Assembly: GCF_000485595.1 (NCBI RefSeq)
Contig: NW_014577076.1
Coordinates: 1 to 64,000, forward strand
DNA: 64,000 nucleotides
DNA from: Priapulus caudatus
Lineage: Eukaryota
Reading direction: 5' to 3'
Below are positions 12,704-27,355 of the stretch, one piece after another. Position numbers and translations under genes: made by a program. The notes under the pieces were generated by a model. That model did not search any database and was not told the DNA's origin. It saw nothing but the letters and a program-made list of their open reading frames with translations. Numbering within the stretch: position 1 is the stretch's first letter; the number at the start of each line of letters is the position of its first letter.

Positions 12704-14593
12704 AGTTTTTTTTATTATGACAGGAATATGGTTGTCCCCGTCTGTTTCTTCTTAACGTTGGTCTAGTGAGTCATGTAAGACCTTATATAAATATAAGTGT
12801 TAGCAGCGCACTTTTATCAGATAGAAAATAATCATTTGTCAGTGACGCACGTCAATGACATTTGGCCACTTAGTTGTTATGCACGCAAAGTTATATATAA
12901 CCGAATATGAGATGGCGGGTTAGCTATTTCATTGTCGACAAGTTCATTGTCGAGTTTCATGTCTAGTAATGCATAAATCGTGACACAAAAATTAAGTGAC
13001 TGTATTATTAATTTTGTAGGTTCGATTATCGGAAAGCCCATGTCGGAGTTAGGCACGAGCTGTAGAGATTGCGCTATAGTTAAGATAAAGTAATAATCTT
13101 TATTTTGGCAAATACTTGTCATTCCTTTGCAATGCATAAACACGGATCTTCCCTTATGCAACAGCAAGCATATTTACTTTTTATATAAATTTCACATTAA
13201 TTATCATAATAATAACATAAAATATACATAATATATATAATTATAATAATAATAGTGATTAAAGTAAAAGATTTTTAACTAAGGGCAGAATAACAAAGTG
13301 TAAAATATAGTTTCTGCACCGGCTAATTAACGACAGCTACTAACAGCGTTAAATATTCTTCCTTTATTGCACTTATAGTTATCGTATATCCAATCTGTCT
13401 ACCGTCTCAACCTGTAAACAAGTATATATCATATGAACCAGTTTTGACAGCTATATTTCGTCATACGATTGTTTGGTTTGATATATTCTGCAGGAAGTAG
13501 CTTAAGCAAATATTTGTTTGTTTAGTAATTATCGGGCACTATGTGACGGCTTCTAGATAACTCATCACGCTATCTCAGCCGCTCACTCCCAAAAAGTACA
13601 AAGGTCTTGAGCAAAACATAGAGTGTAATATACATGCGCGTACAGTGCCTAGTGTACACATATCATTTTACTGTATTATTTTATTGCCTTTAAAAAGATT
13701 GCTGTGATGGATATCTTGTGCGCGAATGTAAAATGTTAAGTTAGACTGACACCACTTGGCTGCCGCGAGAGGCACTCGTTGATTCCTCAACTGCGTAGTT
13801 TAGTAACTCAACTACTTAAAGTTTTTAATCGTAAAATCTATTATCTCTTGTCTGTTGATAAACGGCGAATGCTTAAAGAAACAGTTGATATTTTGTTAAA
13901 GATAAATTAGCACTGTTGAGAATCGTTGATTATAGTTAGACAGTTATGCTACAATTGAATAATAGATATATAGAATAAATAGAGATTATAGAGGTTATAG
14001 CAACTTGCGTTATCGTTCGAGATTGTTTACTAACAGCAGTCTTGATTATTGCTGGGGTTTACAGTCAGTCGGGTCACGCGTAATGCAATCAAAATATTCC
14101 AGAAAGCGAGCATATTAGCTCAGCAATTAAATATTGCATTTGACAATCAACGACGTGACAGAACGGCAAGTCCTTTAACACTACTAGATGAACAGATATG
14201 AGTGATTGCTCAATGATCATTATAATAACATGGGTGTGGCAAATATTGGTTGACCGAACGTGGGTACGTGGCTCACATTTGAACATTTTAGCGGATTTAG
14301 GTTGTCTGTTTGTCTGTTTGCCTGCCTGTCTGTCTGTCTGCCTGCCTGGCTGTTTGTCTGCCATCGATCCCTCGATCGATTGATCAATCCATCCATCTAT
14401 CTATTCATCCATTCATCCATTTATTCAGTTATACATCGATTTATCCATCTATCCACCCATCCATCCCTCTATCCATCCACTTATCCATCCATCCATCCAT
14501 CCATGCATCCATTCATCCATCCATCTATCTATCCATCCATCCATCCATCTATCCATCCATCCACCCATACATCCATCCATCCATCCATCCACG

Positions 14594-14744
14594 CAATTTT
14601 CACGCTACGTTTCGGGGTATTTCCGTAAACACCTTTGCTTAATAGTCGCTAAACGTGCTTGTTTAATATAAAGTGACGCTATACGATCGATGTAATATTT
14701 TAATCATAAGCGAACGATTTGGACTTTGCTTCTAGCGATGATGA
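14594..14744 (+). repeat. Near-identical duplicate of 15693-15844, abutting an N-gap
   Basis: CAATTTTCACGCTACGTTTCGGGG...CTAGCGATGATGAA occurs on both sides of the gap at 14745-15263. Confidence 0.9.
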
Positions 14745-16717
14745 ANNNNNNNNNNNNNNNNNNNNNNNNNNNNNNNNNNNNNNNNNNNNNNNNNNNNNNN
14801 NNNNNNNNNNNNNNNNNNNNNNNNNNNNNNNNNNNNNNNNNNNNNNNNNNNNNNNNNNNNNNNNNNNNNNNNNNNNNNNNNNNNNNNNNNNNNNNNNNNN
14901 NNNNNNNNNNNNNNNNNNNNNNNNNNNNNNNNNNNNNNNNNNNNNNNNNNNNNNNNNNNNNNNNNNNNNNNNNNNNNNNNNNNNNNNNNNNNNNNNNNNN
15001 NNNNNNNNNNNNNNNNNNNNNNNNNNNNNNNNNNNNNNNNNNNNNNNNNNNNNNNNNNNNNNNNNNNNNNNNNNNNNNNNNNNNNNNNNNNNNNNNNNNN
15101 NNNNNNNNNNNNNNNNNNNNNNNNNNNNNNNNNNNNNNNNNNNNNNNNNNNNNNNNNNNNNNNNNNNNNNNNNNNNNNNNNNNNNNNNNNNNNNNNNNNN
15201 NNNNNNNNNNNNNNNNNNNNNNNNNNNNNNNNNNNNNNNNNNNNNNNNNNNNNNNNNNNNNNNCCATCCATCCATCCATCCATCCATCCATCCATCCATC
15301 CATCCATCCATCCATCCATCCATCCATCCATCCATCCATCATCCATCCATCCATCCATCCATCCATCCATCCATCCATAGGCCTGTCCGCCCGCGCGTCC
15401 ACCCATTTATCTACTTAGCAATCTATATAAATCATATCGCCAGTAGGAAAACCGCGGCATGATTATGCAGATTACATATTTAATACGCAGTTGCCTAAGC
15501 GTAGAATATTTGTGTCGATGATTATACTTACCGGGTAATTATGATGATTGATGAGCAGAGTCGTAACGTGAGCAGACGCATACCATTAGCGCATTGTGTA
15601 TTTCTTTACGTTGTTGCTCCGAATAGTTATTATTTACAAGTTAACGATTCAGTTCCCTATGATAGCTAGAAAGACAATTTATACGGAGCGTCCAATTTTC
15701 ACGCTACGTTTCGGGGTATTTCCGTAAACACCTTTGCTTAATAGTCGCTAAACGTGCTTGTTTAATATAGAGTGACGCTATACGATCGATATAATATTTT
15801 AATCATAAGCGAACGATTTGGACTTTGCTTCTAGCGATGATGAACACATCCAGATTGTCCTATTTGTACCATGTAGAGGGCGTGTGGGTCGTATCGGCAC
15901 TACAATACCATAAAAGGTGCCAGTCCCATGTGTCAGATGTTAACGATACGTATTGAAAAGTAAATAGGCGGCGATAAACATGACGTAATTAAAATATTCC
16001 GTCCCCGTATATGTTGGTGTTGTAAACCTACGTCATTTAAATTTTCTATATGATCAATTTTGCGCCATAAATAAACGGCTGTTAATTAGGCGATTCATTT
16101 CTACTAATAAGCACAATGTCTAGACCACTAGATATCCAAATCAGATAAGAGCAATTTAGCTGTAAAATGGAAAGAATTATTAAAAAGCTATAATATTAGG
16201 TATTTTAAATAAACATGTATTCCCGAGAATGTTTATTCATTATTTATCTCTAAGGATATGTGTTTAGTTGTGTAGACTGTACTTCCACGACGGATCCGTA
16301 GTCAGTACGAGGGTCGGAGATACGATCAGGACATGGCTGTTATATCTGTACCCGTGGACCCAAGCAGCCTATATTAGCACATTGGTGTGAGCTCTACCAG
16401 TATGGTTCCAGAACGCTCTGCGTGAATGTTATAAGAATGGACATAATTATACTAGTAGTACATGTGCTGACTGCTATTGCCCATAGCGCTCACGAAGAGC
16501 ACGGACACAACTAATTGAGATGCTTTGATTGGAACGTGATTTTAGGCAATTTTTTTTTTTTTAACAATGTCGTTTGCGGCAGAACAGTAAATCAACACAA
16601 ATATAAGTAAAAACAACATAATAAAACTTATCGTTATAATAAGGCAAACTATATGGCATATCAATAAAGTTATCTCTGGTCAATTGTAGTGTTTATGTGA
16701 TACAAGCAAATACGCAC

Positions 16718-16786
<69 letters not shown>

Positions 16787-19149
16787 NNNNNNNNNNNNNN
16801 NNNNNNNNNNNNNNNNNNNNNNNNNNNNNNNNNNNNNNNNNNNNNNNNNNNNNNNNNNNNNNNNNNNNNNNNNNNNNNNNNNNNNNNNNNNNNNNNNNNN
16901 NNNNNNNNNNNNNNNNNNNNNNNNNNNNNNNNNNNNNNNNNNNNNNNNNNNNNNNNNNNNNNNNNNNNNNNNNNNNNNNNNNNNNNNNNNNNNNNNNNNN
17001 NNNNNNNNNNNNNNNNNNNNNNNNNNNNNNNNNNNNNNNNNNNNNNNNNNNNNNNNNNNNNNNNNNNNNNNNNNNNNNNNNNNNNNNNNNNNNNNNNNNN
17101 NNNNNNNNNNNNNNNNNNNNNNNNNNNNNNNNNNNNNNNNNNNNNNNNNNNNNNNNNNNNNNNNNNNNNNNNNNNNNNNNNNNNNNNNNNNNNNNNNNNN
17201 NNNNNNNNNNNNNNNNNNNNNNNNNNNNNNNNNNNNNNNNNNNNNNNNNNNNNNNNNNNNNNNNNNNNNNNNNNNNNNNNNNNNNNNNNNNNNNNNNNNN
17301 NNNNNNNNNNNNNNNNNNNNNNNNNNNNNNNNNNNNNNNNNNNNNNNNNNNNNNNNNNNNNNNNNNNNNNNNNNNNNNNNNNNNNNNNNNNNNNNNNNNN
17401 NNNNNNNNNNNNNNNNNNNNNNNNNNNNNNNNNNNNNNNNNNNNNNNNNNNNNNNNNNNNNNNNNNNNNNNNNNNNNNNNNNNNNNNNNNNNNNNNNNNN
17501 NNNNNNNNNNNNNNNNNNNNNNNNNNNNNNNNNNNNNNNNNNNNNNNNNNNNNNNNNNNNNNNNNNNNNNNNNNNNNNNNNNNNNNNNNNNNNNNNNNNN
17601 NNNNNNNNNNNNNNNNNNNNNNNNNNNNNNNNNNNNNNNNNNNNNNNNNNNNNNNNNNNNNNNNNNNNNNNNNNNNNNNNNNNNNNNNNNNNNNNNNNNN
17701 NNNNNNNNNNNNNNNNNNNNNNNNNNNNNNNNNATTAATAATATTAATAATATATTTTTTTTAAACACGTTAATATTCATCGATTGACATTGACGCTATG
17801 ACGAGCGACTGAGAGGAATGGCGGCGTACCTATACTGTGTTAATCGCAATAGGGCGTGGCGAGGTGATCATGATCACGATCATGCATGGTTTGAGCGTGA
17901 CCAGTATGTGTCCAACGAAATTGTAAATTAGTAATCGCACACCCACATGTAGTTGGACGAATATCCGTTGATTAATGTCCGCCACTATGGTTTACGGTTT
18001 GTCAATTTAGTCCAACCATATGTCGGTTTACAAACACACACCATATTTCCGCCAACCATACACATTGTAACGCCACCAACGTGTTATTTATAAAAACCTC
18101 ATCTTCCTTTACAGAAACACGTGTGCATATTTCCTACCAACAGGTGCGTGCGCCACCGAACCACAATTCCCCCCCCAACTAGTTTGCTAAACCATAGTGG
18201 TAGTTGTTCAGCGAACGATACAAGTAGTTTGCAGAAACATGGTTTTCCGCGCGCAGTGTGCAACCTTCGACCTACGTACGTGGAGCGGTAACGTAGCCTC
18301 GGGCGCATATGGCGGCCGCCGATTCCGTCCCCTCCAACGGCCACCGCTCCTATTGAGCACGCTGGCGCATTTCTGCCGCACACATGCAGCCGTTAACCTC
18401 CCCCACCACCACCATGCGCTTTAAGCTATGTGCCGTAGGAAAGTGTACTAACTCTAATATCTTGCGAACGAATTGAGTTACATTTATAAAATTCGAGATA
18501 CATATAAACACATGTCGTAGCTATAATCGCCGTGAATTTTGAGTTTATTGAAGCACAAATAGTTTAATTAATTACCAAAAATATACCCGCGGTATCGCTC
18601 ATAGGCTAATATACGCACGGCTATAGACGGTAGAAAAGTGTACTAACTATTATAATATGGCGCAAACGAATTGAGTTACATTTCTCAAATTTTAGATACA
18701 TATAAACACATGTCTTAGCTATGGTCTCTGTGAATTTATTAAAGCACGATTAGTTTACTATATATATATATAACTATATCATATGGCGCAAACGAATTAA
18801 GTTACATTTCTAAAATTCTAGACACATACAGACACATGTTAGTTTCATAACGTTGAAATTGACGTTTTCGGGAAAAATCTCACGAACGTGCGGTAATGTT
18901 AGCCTAGGAGCGATACCGCGCTTATATATTTGGTAATTAATTAAACTATTTGTGCTTCAATAAACTCAAAATTCACGGGGATTATAGTTACGACATGTGT
19001 TGATATGTATCTAGAATTTTAAAATTGTAACTCAATTCGTTCGCGCCATATATAGTACTAGCGGGATACCCGGCATTGCCCGGGGAAATCAGTAGCGTTA
19101 CTCAGTTGGTGACCGCTTGGTTGAAAAAAAAATACCCAACAAAATATAA

Positions 19150-19428
19150 TTATCTATCTATCCATGCATCTATCCATGCATGCATCTATCCATCCCATTC
19201 CATGCCATGCCATTTCATTCCATACCATCCCATCGCACCGCATTCCATTCCATTCTAGCCCATATCCCATCCCATCTCATCCCATCTCATCTCATCGCAT
19301 CTCATGCCATCCCATGCCATCCCATGACATGCCATGCCATGACATGCCATCGCACCACATCCCATCGCACCGCATTCCATCCCATGCCATGCCATGCCAT
19401 CCCATCTCATCCCATCCCATCCCATCCC
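19150..19428. repeat. (CCATC/CCATG)n pentamer microsatellite inside the Helitron
   Basis: Seen directly. Confidence 0.9.
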
Positions 19429-19476
19429 AAACAGTAAAAAATAATAAGAAATCAAAAGATAAAAGACATTAAATAT

Positions 19477-20031
19477 TGTGGCAGATACGTCTAGCTCTCC
19501 CATCAATCATACGTGATCTCGACTAAAGCAAAAACATTACGTGATCTCGACGATCCTGTCGAGGAATTTACGTCCGGTATGTTCGCGCGCGCGGGAAGCG
19601 AGATATTACCCAGAAGGCGGAATATATAAAGGCTGGCCGTGCGGCCACGGGAGAAGTTAGTATCGCTAGCTCGGGAAAAGTTAGTATCGCTAGCTCGGGA
19701 GAAGTTAGTATCGCTAACTCGGGCGAGTTGGCACCGTCAGCTCCGCGAGGAGAGTTGTAACAGTGAAAGGGCTAGTGGTGTGCTGTACACGCCGCCAGTG
19801 AGTGGGAATAAACCTTGCGTTATCCGTACTTCATCTGTGCTGTATTCATCTGCGAGTGCGTTTCCGCGCGTCCCTTCGAACTTCCGATCCGCCCGAATCA
19901 GCTTAAGGTTTTAGCGTACCTTACCGAGAAAACATGGCTAGCGACAGCAAAGCGATCACAGGCCAACGAAAGCCCGGCAACGCTAGCCGAGGTGCCACGT
20001 CACCGTTTGACGTGGGACGGGAAACGCCACA
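19477..20031 (+). repeat. 5' LTR of Gypsy C
   Basis: Direct repeat of 29876-30439. Contains TATATAAA at ~19623, three copies of a 24-bp unit (CGGGAGAAGTTAGTATCGCTAGCT) and AATAAA at ~19807. Confidence 0.97.
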
Positions 20032-20374
20032 TATGGAGCCGTGACCACGAGCGGATCGGAAGAATAAGAAGAGACACACCAGCTTCATTTGGTGCCCTGT
20101 TCGCGTGTCGAATCGAAGAAGAAATGAAGAGACACACAAGGCAGATCAGGTGGGATGACGCAGGAGAAGAAGGAGTGGTAATCGCAGAAGCCGGGGAAAA
20201 ACGTTTAACGGATGGACAGATCGGCAATGTGAGAGCCAAAACGAAGGACCCCCCACGAGGGGTCAGTCAGAGGGAGAGAATGAGTCACCGGAGCGGCTGG
20301 TAAATCAAGGTGATTTTAATCACAGACCGAGCCGTGCGGAGGGACCCGCGGAGACGCGGGGAGAGCCGCGGAGC

Positions 20375-21917
20375 ATGTTATTGACAGCGTTAAGGAAAAG
20401 GCCGGCAGCAGGAAATCCCACCAACCTGGGCGGAGCTACCCTTACGGAGGGGTCTGTTGCGGTAGGTGCGGAGCCGTCCGAAGCAGTCCGCGGGAGACAG
20501 CTGCGGAAGATGGAAATGCTGAAGCTCATGACGGAGTGGAATAAGACGAATCCCGCACAGCAGATTAGAATGGTGAAGTCGGCTGCGGAAGAGAAAATAA
20601 TGGAGACCGGAAGTCACCAGACAAGTAGTAAGTCGGCTAAAGATAGCGATAGTGACTTCTCCGGAAGAAGCCGCAGTCACCGACGTCGGCGCCGGAGGGA
20701 AAGAGAGTCGAGAGGCACGGACCGATGGAGGGGTGACGCGTCGAGTTCAGATTCCGGGAGTGGTGGCGGAACGATCCGGAGAAGGACGAGACGGCGTTCT
20801 AGACAGGCGAGCAATAGTCGAAGTAGGAGTAGGAGGTCTGAGAGCGGACCCTGCCGGCGACGCCACCGCAATGAACGAGAGAGGGGGAGTAGGAGGCTAC
20901 CTACCTTAACGAGGCAAGGGCAAGGTACGGTTGTGGCTTCACGTTCACCAAGATGTCCGATACGGGTCGGAACGTTCGCGGGAGCACCCGGGGAGCCGTT
21001 GGACGAGTTTCTAAATTGGGTTGACGTGGCCGGACGGTACCATCATGGGATAGGGATGCAAGGGCAGATCAGCTTGTCGCAGCATTGGGAAGACCGGCCG
21101 CTGGTATACTGTCTGAGTCCGCGAGCCGGCAGAGTGAGGCAAAACTTAGGAGAAAGTTTATGAAGATCGGTATGGGCCGGAACAGCACCGGATCCGCAAC
21201 CAGGCAGCCCTGGCCAGCCGGAGAAAGCAACCGGAGGAGGATTGGCCGCAATACGTGAGGCAGCTAAAGAAATTTGCGAAATTGACCATGCCACGAGCAA
21301 GCAGCAGCCAAATTAGTGAGTGACTGGTGCTCCGACTTAAGGAAGAGATGCCGACCGATGCACACAGAATCTATATTCTGGGGCAGAGGTGTAGGACGGC
21401 AGGAGACGTTGCTGCGTGTGCGGAAAATTTCGACGTGACAATCAGAAGTAGGGTGACGCCCCGGAAACCGTTAGTGGCGCCAGTTAAGTTCGAAGGAGTT
21501 GCCCACGAGATCGACGCGATCAACGAGGTGGAGACCGTCGCAGAGGCTGGACGATCCACGGAAGTAGAGACCGATATCCGTGCGTTGACGAGACTGATGC
21601 GGAAGCTTTTAGCATCCAGAAAGAAGAAGAAAGATCAAAACGGAAGCCGTCGTGGAGGACGGGGAACGAGTCGAGGAGGACCGGTGGACCAGATACGGTT
21701 GACTGCGTGCTTTCGATGCGGAGAAGAGGGTCACTTCGCGCGGGACTGTTGGCAACGTCCGCGGAACGGCCCGAATGGACACGTCTATGCGGGACAGTAT
21801 CACGCCGGAAGAGCGGTAGCCGGGTCTGGCAGATCAGTACCACAGGTGGGAAGCTCACAAACCCTTCGGGCGATAGAGGGTCCGGAGGAAGCCGCAGTGC
21901 AGCGCGCGGAAAACTAG
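20375..21917 (+). pseudogene. gag: gag of Gypsy C (frameshifted/stopped)
   Basis: R/S-rich N-terminus, VGTFAG..EPLDEFL capsid-like start, zinc knuckle CFRCGEEGHFARDC. Confidence 0.85.
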
Positions 21918-24900
21918 TGCAGGTGGGGTCCGTGCCGACGGCCTCAACCTGGAGAAAGAAACGGCGACGAAAACAAGGGCAGTGGAGAGCATTCCTACGG
22001 ATGGCGTGGAATCGACCATCATGGAAGTTAACGCTACTGGTGGAGGGCCAGCTAGTAGATTTTCTAGTTGACACTGGAGCGGAGACATTGGTGATGGATG
22101 CCGCCGCTTTTGCGGAAATCTCGAAGGCTGAGGTAACGCTAAAGCTTACCAAGGCGTGTGTGATGAACGTGCAACACCGGGTATTGCCGACACACGGCGA
22201 GTGTCAACTACGATTTGCCTTGGGAGGTCAGACCTTCGACCATGATTTCTTAGTAGTAGAGATGGGAGAAAAAGTGGGAGTTCTCGGCATGGACTTCCTG
22301 GGTAAGAGAAACTGTCGGCTTGACGTGGGGCGTGGATACCTTACTGTCAACTGAGTGACTCATGCGCTGCACGGAGGTCGACCCACGGAGCCGCGGGTGT
22401 TATGGGCGGCCGACACAATCCGAATCCCTGCGGGACATGAAGTGGTCGTGCACGGGATTGTACGCGGGATGCGATGGAGAGCTGCGCGGTTAGCTATCGC
22501 GGAGCCCCCCCAAGAGGTTCGCAGAGAAAGGAGCTAATAGAGGAACGGTGATGGCTCGTTGTCTGATAGACACGGACGGGGCTCGTGTGCCACTATTCAT
22601 GGTCAATGTAGGGCCAGATGACGTGATCATCCTCGCCGGAACCGAACTAGCGCGGTTGGATGAGGTCGCCCTGGTTGGGACGTTGCGCTGTTCGCCCGCT
22701 CCCACACTGAACTGGGGAGGCCGGACGTTGTTCGTCACAAGATCGACACGGGGGATAACTACCCCAGGAAACAGACTCCACGGAGGTGCCCGTTGGGTAG
22801 ACAGAAAGCCCTGGACGCAGAGCTGGACCGGATGTTTGATGCAGGAGTGGTCCAGCCAAGCTCAGGTCCCTCGGCTTTACCGGTAGTGCTCGTTAAGAAG
22901 AAGGATGGCGGGGTCAGATTTTGCATAGACTATCGCAAACTTAATGAGGTGACGCAGAAAGACGCGTATCCACTTCTCCGCATCGATGACACCCCTGACT
23001 CCCTGGCGGGGGCAACCTGGTTCTCCACGCTCGACTTAGCTAGTGGCTACTGGCAAGTGGAGATGGATCGGGAAGACGCCGCCAAGACCGCTTTCTCAGT
23101 GAAACACAGGCTGTAATGTCTGATGCCAATGGGGCTTTGCAATGCGCCGGCAACCTTCGAGAGATTGATGGAACTAGTACTCCGAGGACAGCAGTGGACA
23201 GAGTGCTTGGTGTACCTGGACGTTTTTGGGACTACCTTCGATGGAGCGCTGAGTAACCTCCGACATGTGTTCGGTCGACTCCGGGAAGCCGGTCTGAAAT
23301 TGAAGGCGAGTAAATGCCGCCTTTTTCGAAAGAGTGCAGCGTTTCTGGGACATATCGTATTACCAGAAAGGATGAGTTGTGATCCACGCAAGATCGAGGC
23401 AGTCCGGAAGTGGGCGAGGCCAACGAGCGTCGCCGACGTTTGTAGCTTCCTGGGTTTTGCTAACTATTATCGTAGATTTATAGAGGGATTCGCATCTATA
23501 GCGGGACCATTGACGGAGCTGACGCGGAAAGATCCTACCTACCAGTGGACAGACGCGTGTGAGCACGCCTTCCGTGAACTAATAACTCGGCTGACGGAGG
23601 CGCCCGTCCTAGCGTACCCTCAAGCAGAGGGTGGGTTCACTGTAGATACTGATGCCAGCGCAACCGGCATGGGGGCTGTTGTCTCAATGCCAGCGGGGAG
23701 AAGAGCGGGTGATCGCCTACTCAAGCAAAACTCTCTCCCGGACGCAACAGAGATACTGCACCATCAACCGTGAGCTACTGGCAGTCGTACAAGCCGTGAA
23801 ACAATTTTGTCACTACCTGCAAGGGCGACTCTTCGTAATACGGACTGATCATGCCTCTTTAACGTGGCTGTTAAATTTTAGAGAGCCGGAAGGCATGGTG
23901 GCACGGTGGATTGCGTTTTTGGGGATGTTCGATATGAAAATTGAGCACCGTGCTGGACGCCTACATATGAATGCTGGCGGCTTCTCAAGACAGCTGGTGT
24001 GCCGTAAGTGTAGACGAGGCAGCTGCCCAGAGTGCAGCGATACCACCACCGGAAGCCTCCGACGCAACTGGCTGATGCCGGAGATAGTATGGTGTAGAAA
24101 GATAAAAAAAAGTTCGTGAGTGGCAGATGAAAGATCCGACCATACGGAAAGTACGGCCGGCGTACGTGGAAGCCGCCGCACTCGCGTGGGAAGACAAGTC
24201 GTTCTGGCATATCTGGGATAGATTAGAAATCCGCCGAGGACTGCTACACCATGTGTGGGCCGCGAGTCACCACAAAAAAAGATCGGTAGCCCAGCTAGTG
24301 GCACCGCGAGAAATGAGAACAAAAATATTAAAATTGCAACATGGAGCACAGATGTCTGGACATCTGGGAAGTCTCAAGACGTTGGAACGCATTCGGCAGA
24401 GGTTCATGTAGCCAGGAATGCGCGGAGACGTCCGGAGATGGTGTCAGGAGTGTGACGCCTGCGCCCGACGGAAGGATAGAAGGAAACGACGAGTCAGCCT
24501 GCAGCAGCAAGCTGTTGGAACCCTGATGGAGAAAGTGGCCATTGATTTTCTGGGACCACTCCCGATAATGGATGGAGGGAACCAATATATACTAGTGCTG
24601 TGCGACTACTTTACTAAATGGACTGAGGCATATGCATTGCCTGATCAAACGCCACAGACAACCACAGACTGTCTGATGACACAGTTCTTCGCCAGGTTCG
24701 GAGTTCTGAAAGCGATTCACTCCGACCAGGGACGGAATTTTTAATCTCAGCTGTTCGCTGGGATTTGTGAATTAATGGGCATTGAGAAGACACGGACGAC
24801 ACCGTATCATCCACAGTCCGATGGACTGGTGGAGCAATTTAATCGTACCCTACAGGATATGCTGAGCAAGGTCGTAGGTGAACATCGACGCGATTGGGAT

Positions 24901-25443
24901 GACCATCTCCCATTTGTAATGGCAGCGTATAGGGGTAGTGTGCAAGAAAGCACCAGAGTGAGCCCGAACTTGATGATGTTTCGCAGAGAAGTTGGCATGC
25001 CGATTGACCTGATGTGGCCTGTTCCGAGGGATGAGGACGAACGCGTAACGAGTCACTGTCCTAATGAGTATGTAGACTGGGTGCGACGCGCAGCTGAAAA
25101 AGCTCACGAACACGCTCGAGAATGCCTGGGGAAGGCAGCGGAGAGACAGAAAAAGGGGTACGACAGCAGAGTAAACCCGCTCGGAATGAGGGAAGGCACA
25201 TGGGTATGGTACTTCTACCCTCCAAACGATGTGAAGTTAAGACGTCCCTGGACCGGACCATTCCGCGTGGTAAAAGACCAAAATACGCTCCGTTGGATAC
25301 AGCGGACGGCGGAGGGCGCAACCATGGTTGTGAGTGTTAATGATTTGAAACCATACGAGGGGGAGGTTGTTCTCGAACCCTGGGATAATATGGAAGAGGG
25401 AGGTGACCCTGAAGTGAGTGAAGCTAATCACGTAAGCGCGTAG
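21918..25443 (+). pseudogene. pol: pol of Gypsy C (protease, RT, RNase H, integrase), disrupted
   Basis: FLVDTGAE; VRFCIDYRKLN; LDLASGYWQV; YLDD motif deleted to YLDVFG; DTDAS; RELLAVV..TDHASL; H..GHLG..C..C; IDFLGP, SDQGRNF, YHPQSDGLVE; WTGPF. Multiple stops and frameshifts. Confidence 0.95.
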
Positions 25444-27355
25444 ACCTCTGAGGACAACAGCTCCAGCGGCGGAGTGAAGCAAAGAAACTTAGAACCTCTC
25501 AGGAAAACGTGGTTGAAACCAAAACGCAGAAGAGTGGCATACCTTGGGAGAGAAGGAATGATCTGGAGATGACGTGCGAAGGGGACGATGAGTGCAAACG
25601 AAGATAAACAACACCGAGGTGAAACAGTCAAAGACCGATATACGGACAATACGGGTAGCTCCGTTTCCGACTAAGGTACGACGAACACCCCGGATCGTAT
25701 GCCTGCTTTATTCCCGCGTGAAGAAAGAACCGGAGGTGAGGACTCTAAAACAGCAGCAGAGGTAAGTAGCAAAGCTGTAGGAAAAATGGCTCGTGAGTAC
25801 AAACGGACAGGATGGGCACGAATAGTGGATCAAGTTACGCGGCATCAACGGATTGTGCGACCGCCGAAATACTATGGATGCTAATCGTTATGGACGTAAT
25901 GAAGCGAGTAGCTAGCTAGCGCAGCACAGAGAACGCACTGCGTACGGAGCTAGCGCGTCTAAGTCAGGGACTACAAGACGGAAGAAGACGGGAACTTGGC
26001 GGGGTTATTCGTGCTGCTTTTCACAGGGTGAAAAGGAAGCCGCGCCACCAGCGGTCGCCGAATAGAAATTATACACACAAAAAAGAGGGGGATGACGAAA
26101 AGCCAAATACAGCAGAGTTGTGAAGCGTTTGCTAAGACGGATAGCAAGACTGGATGATGGTAAACGTACCAGGTAAGCGTCACGGACGGACGTTTCCACG
26201 AGCACGCCTATCAATCTAAGTGGAGCAGCATAGCCCGAGGCGCGGAGCATGCCGCCGCGACGCGGAGCTTTCCGACAAGCAGGATCACCCTGCAATAATG
26301 GGGAGGAAAATGATAAGAATCAGAAAAGCGGTTATTCTGAACAAACACACCGCTGAACCAGGAGAGAAGAAACTCCATATCAGCGTAGAGGGGTCAATGC
26401 ATGAGCCGCTCTGCGAGGTAACCGTCAGTTGTACGCGCACGAATACAAGAGGAATGGAGGGCCGTCTTGCAGCGGGAGATCACAGTGGATGATCGAAGGG
26501 GACCGGGTCACGCTGGCGCTCTGCCTAGACTGCATCGTCGAGTCTAGAACGAAAAAAGAGAATTCGACGCTGCGTGGCGAATGCAGGCGACAATATTGCC
26601 AGCCATTTAAACTTGTTTCCTGGGCATAAACATCTCGGGAAAAGAGAAAGCGGAATGATTAGTACTAAAAACCGCTAATCGCGATTCGAGTTCGCGACGT
26701 CATGAAAGCGATAAAAATGGTACTGAACGTAAACAGGTTGTGATGGAAAAAAGGGAACGTTTACAAAAAGTCTAACGACAATGGAAATAAAAAAAGGTCA
26801 AGCTAGGTCACTGCGCTAGTGGAGGGGCGGCGATAATGACAGAGGCAGGAGCGCTATATTAGAAAAAAACGCTAGTGAGTAGACGCAAGCTGGGACAGCT
26901 ATCGAGAAGCGATAACAGGCGCGTGCTAAGATGAAACGCACAGCACCGGGAGGCGTACGTGAGAAGTCAACAGATTATTACTGTTTGGAGGCGTGCGGGA
27001 AGAAAGCCAGATGTTTGGTTAAGCGCGGGCCTTGACAAACGGGACACCGGCTGTAGGCGCATACAACACGCGTACTCTGGGATAGCTCCCACATTCTAGA
27101 AACAAAAGAGGACAGGGAGGAAGCTACAGGACATCGTGGTCGTGGCGTGAGCACGTGGCAAGTGACAGGAGCGTACATCACTTGCGACCTGAGTTTACTT
27201 GCAAGCGGAAGTAGTGTTAGTGACCAAGCATTACAAAAGGAGTTGAGAGAAACACCAAAGCAAAAGAAAGAACCCTTAGGGTAGGCTGCGTCTTTCGTGC
27301 GAGCAAGGTTAATGTGACGACAGGCGATAACATAATTTAGTGCTCCTCTGAACGC

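Noticed and set aside
10578..12766. Long 368-523-aa HPSI-rich ORFs
   Set aside because: Translations of a (CCAT)n microsatellite that lacks stop codons.
14700..17780. ORFs spanning X runs
   Set aside because: Artefacts of N-gaps.
19639..19914. REKLVSLA-repeat ORF (also 29949-30350)
   Set aside because: It is the 24-bp tandem repeat inside the LTRs; there is no evidence of coding.
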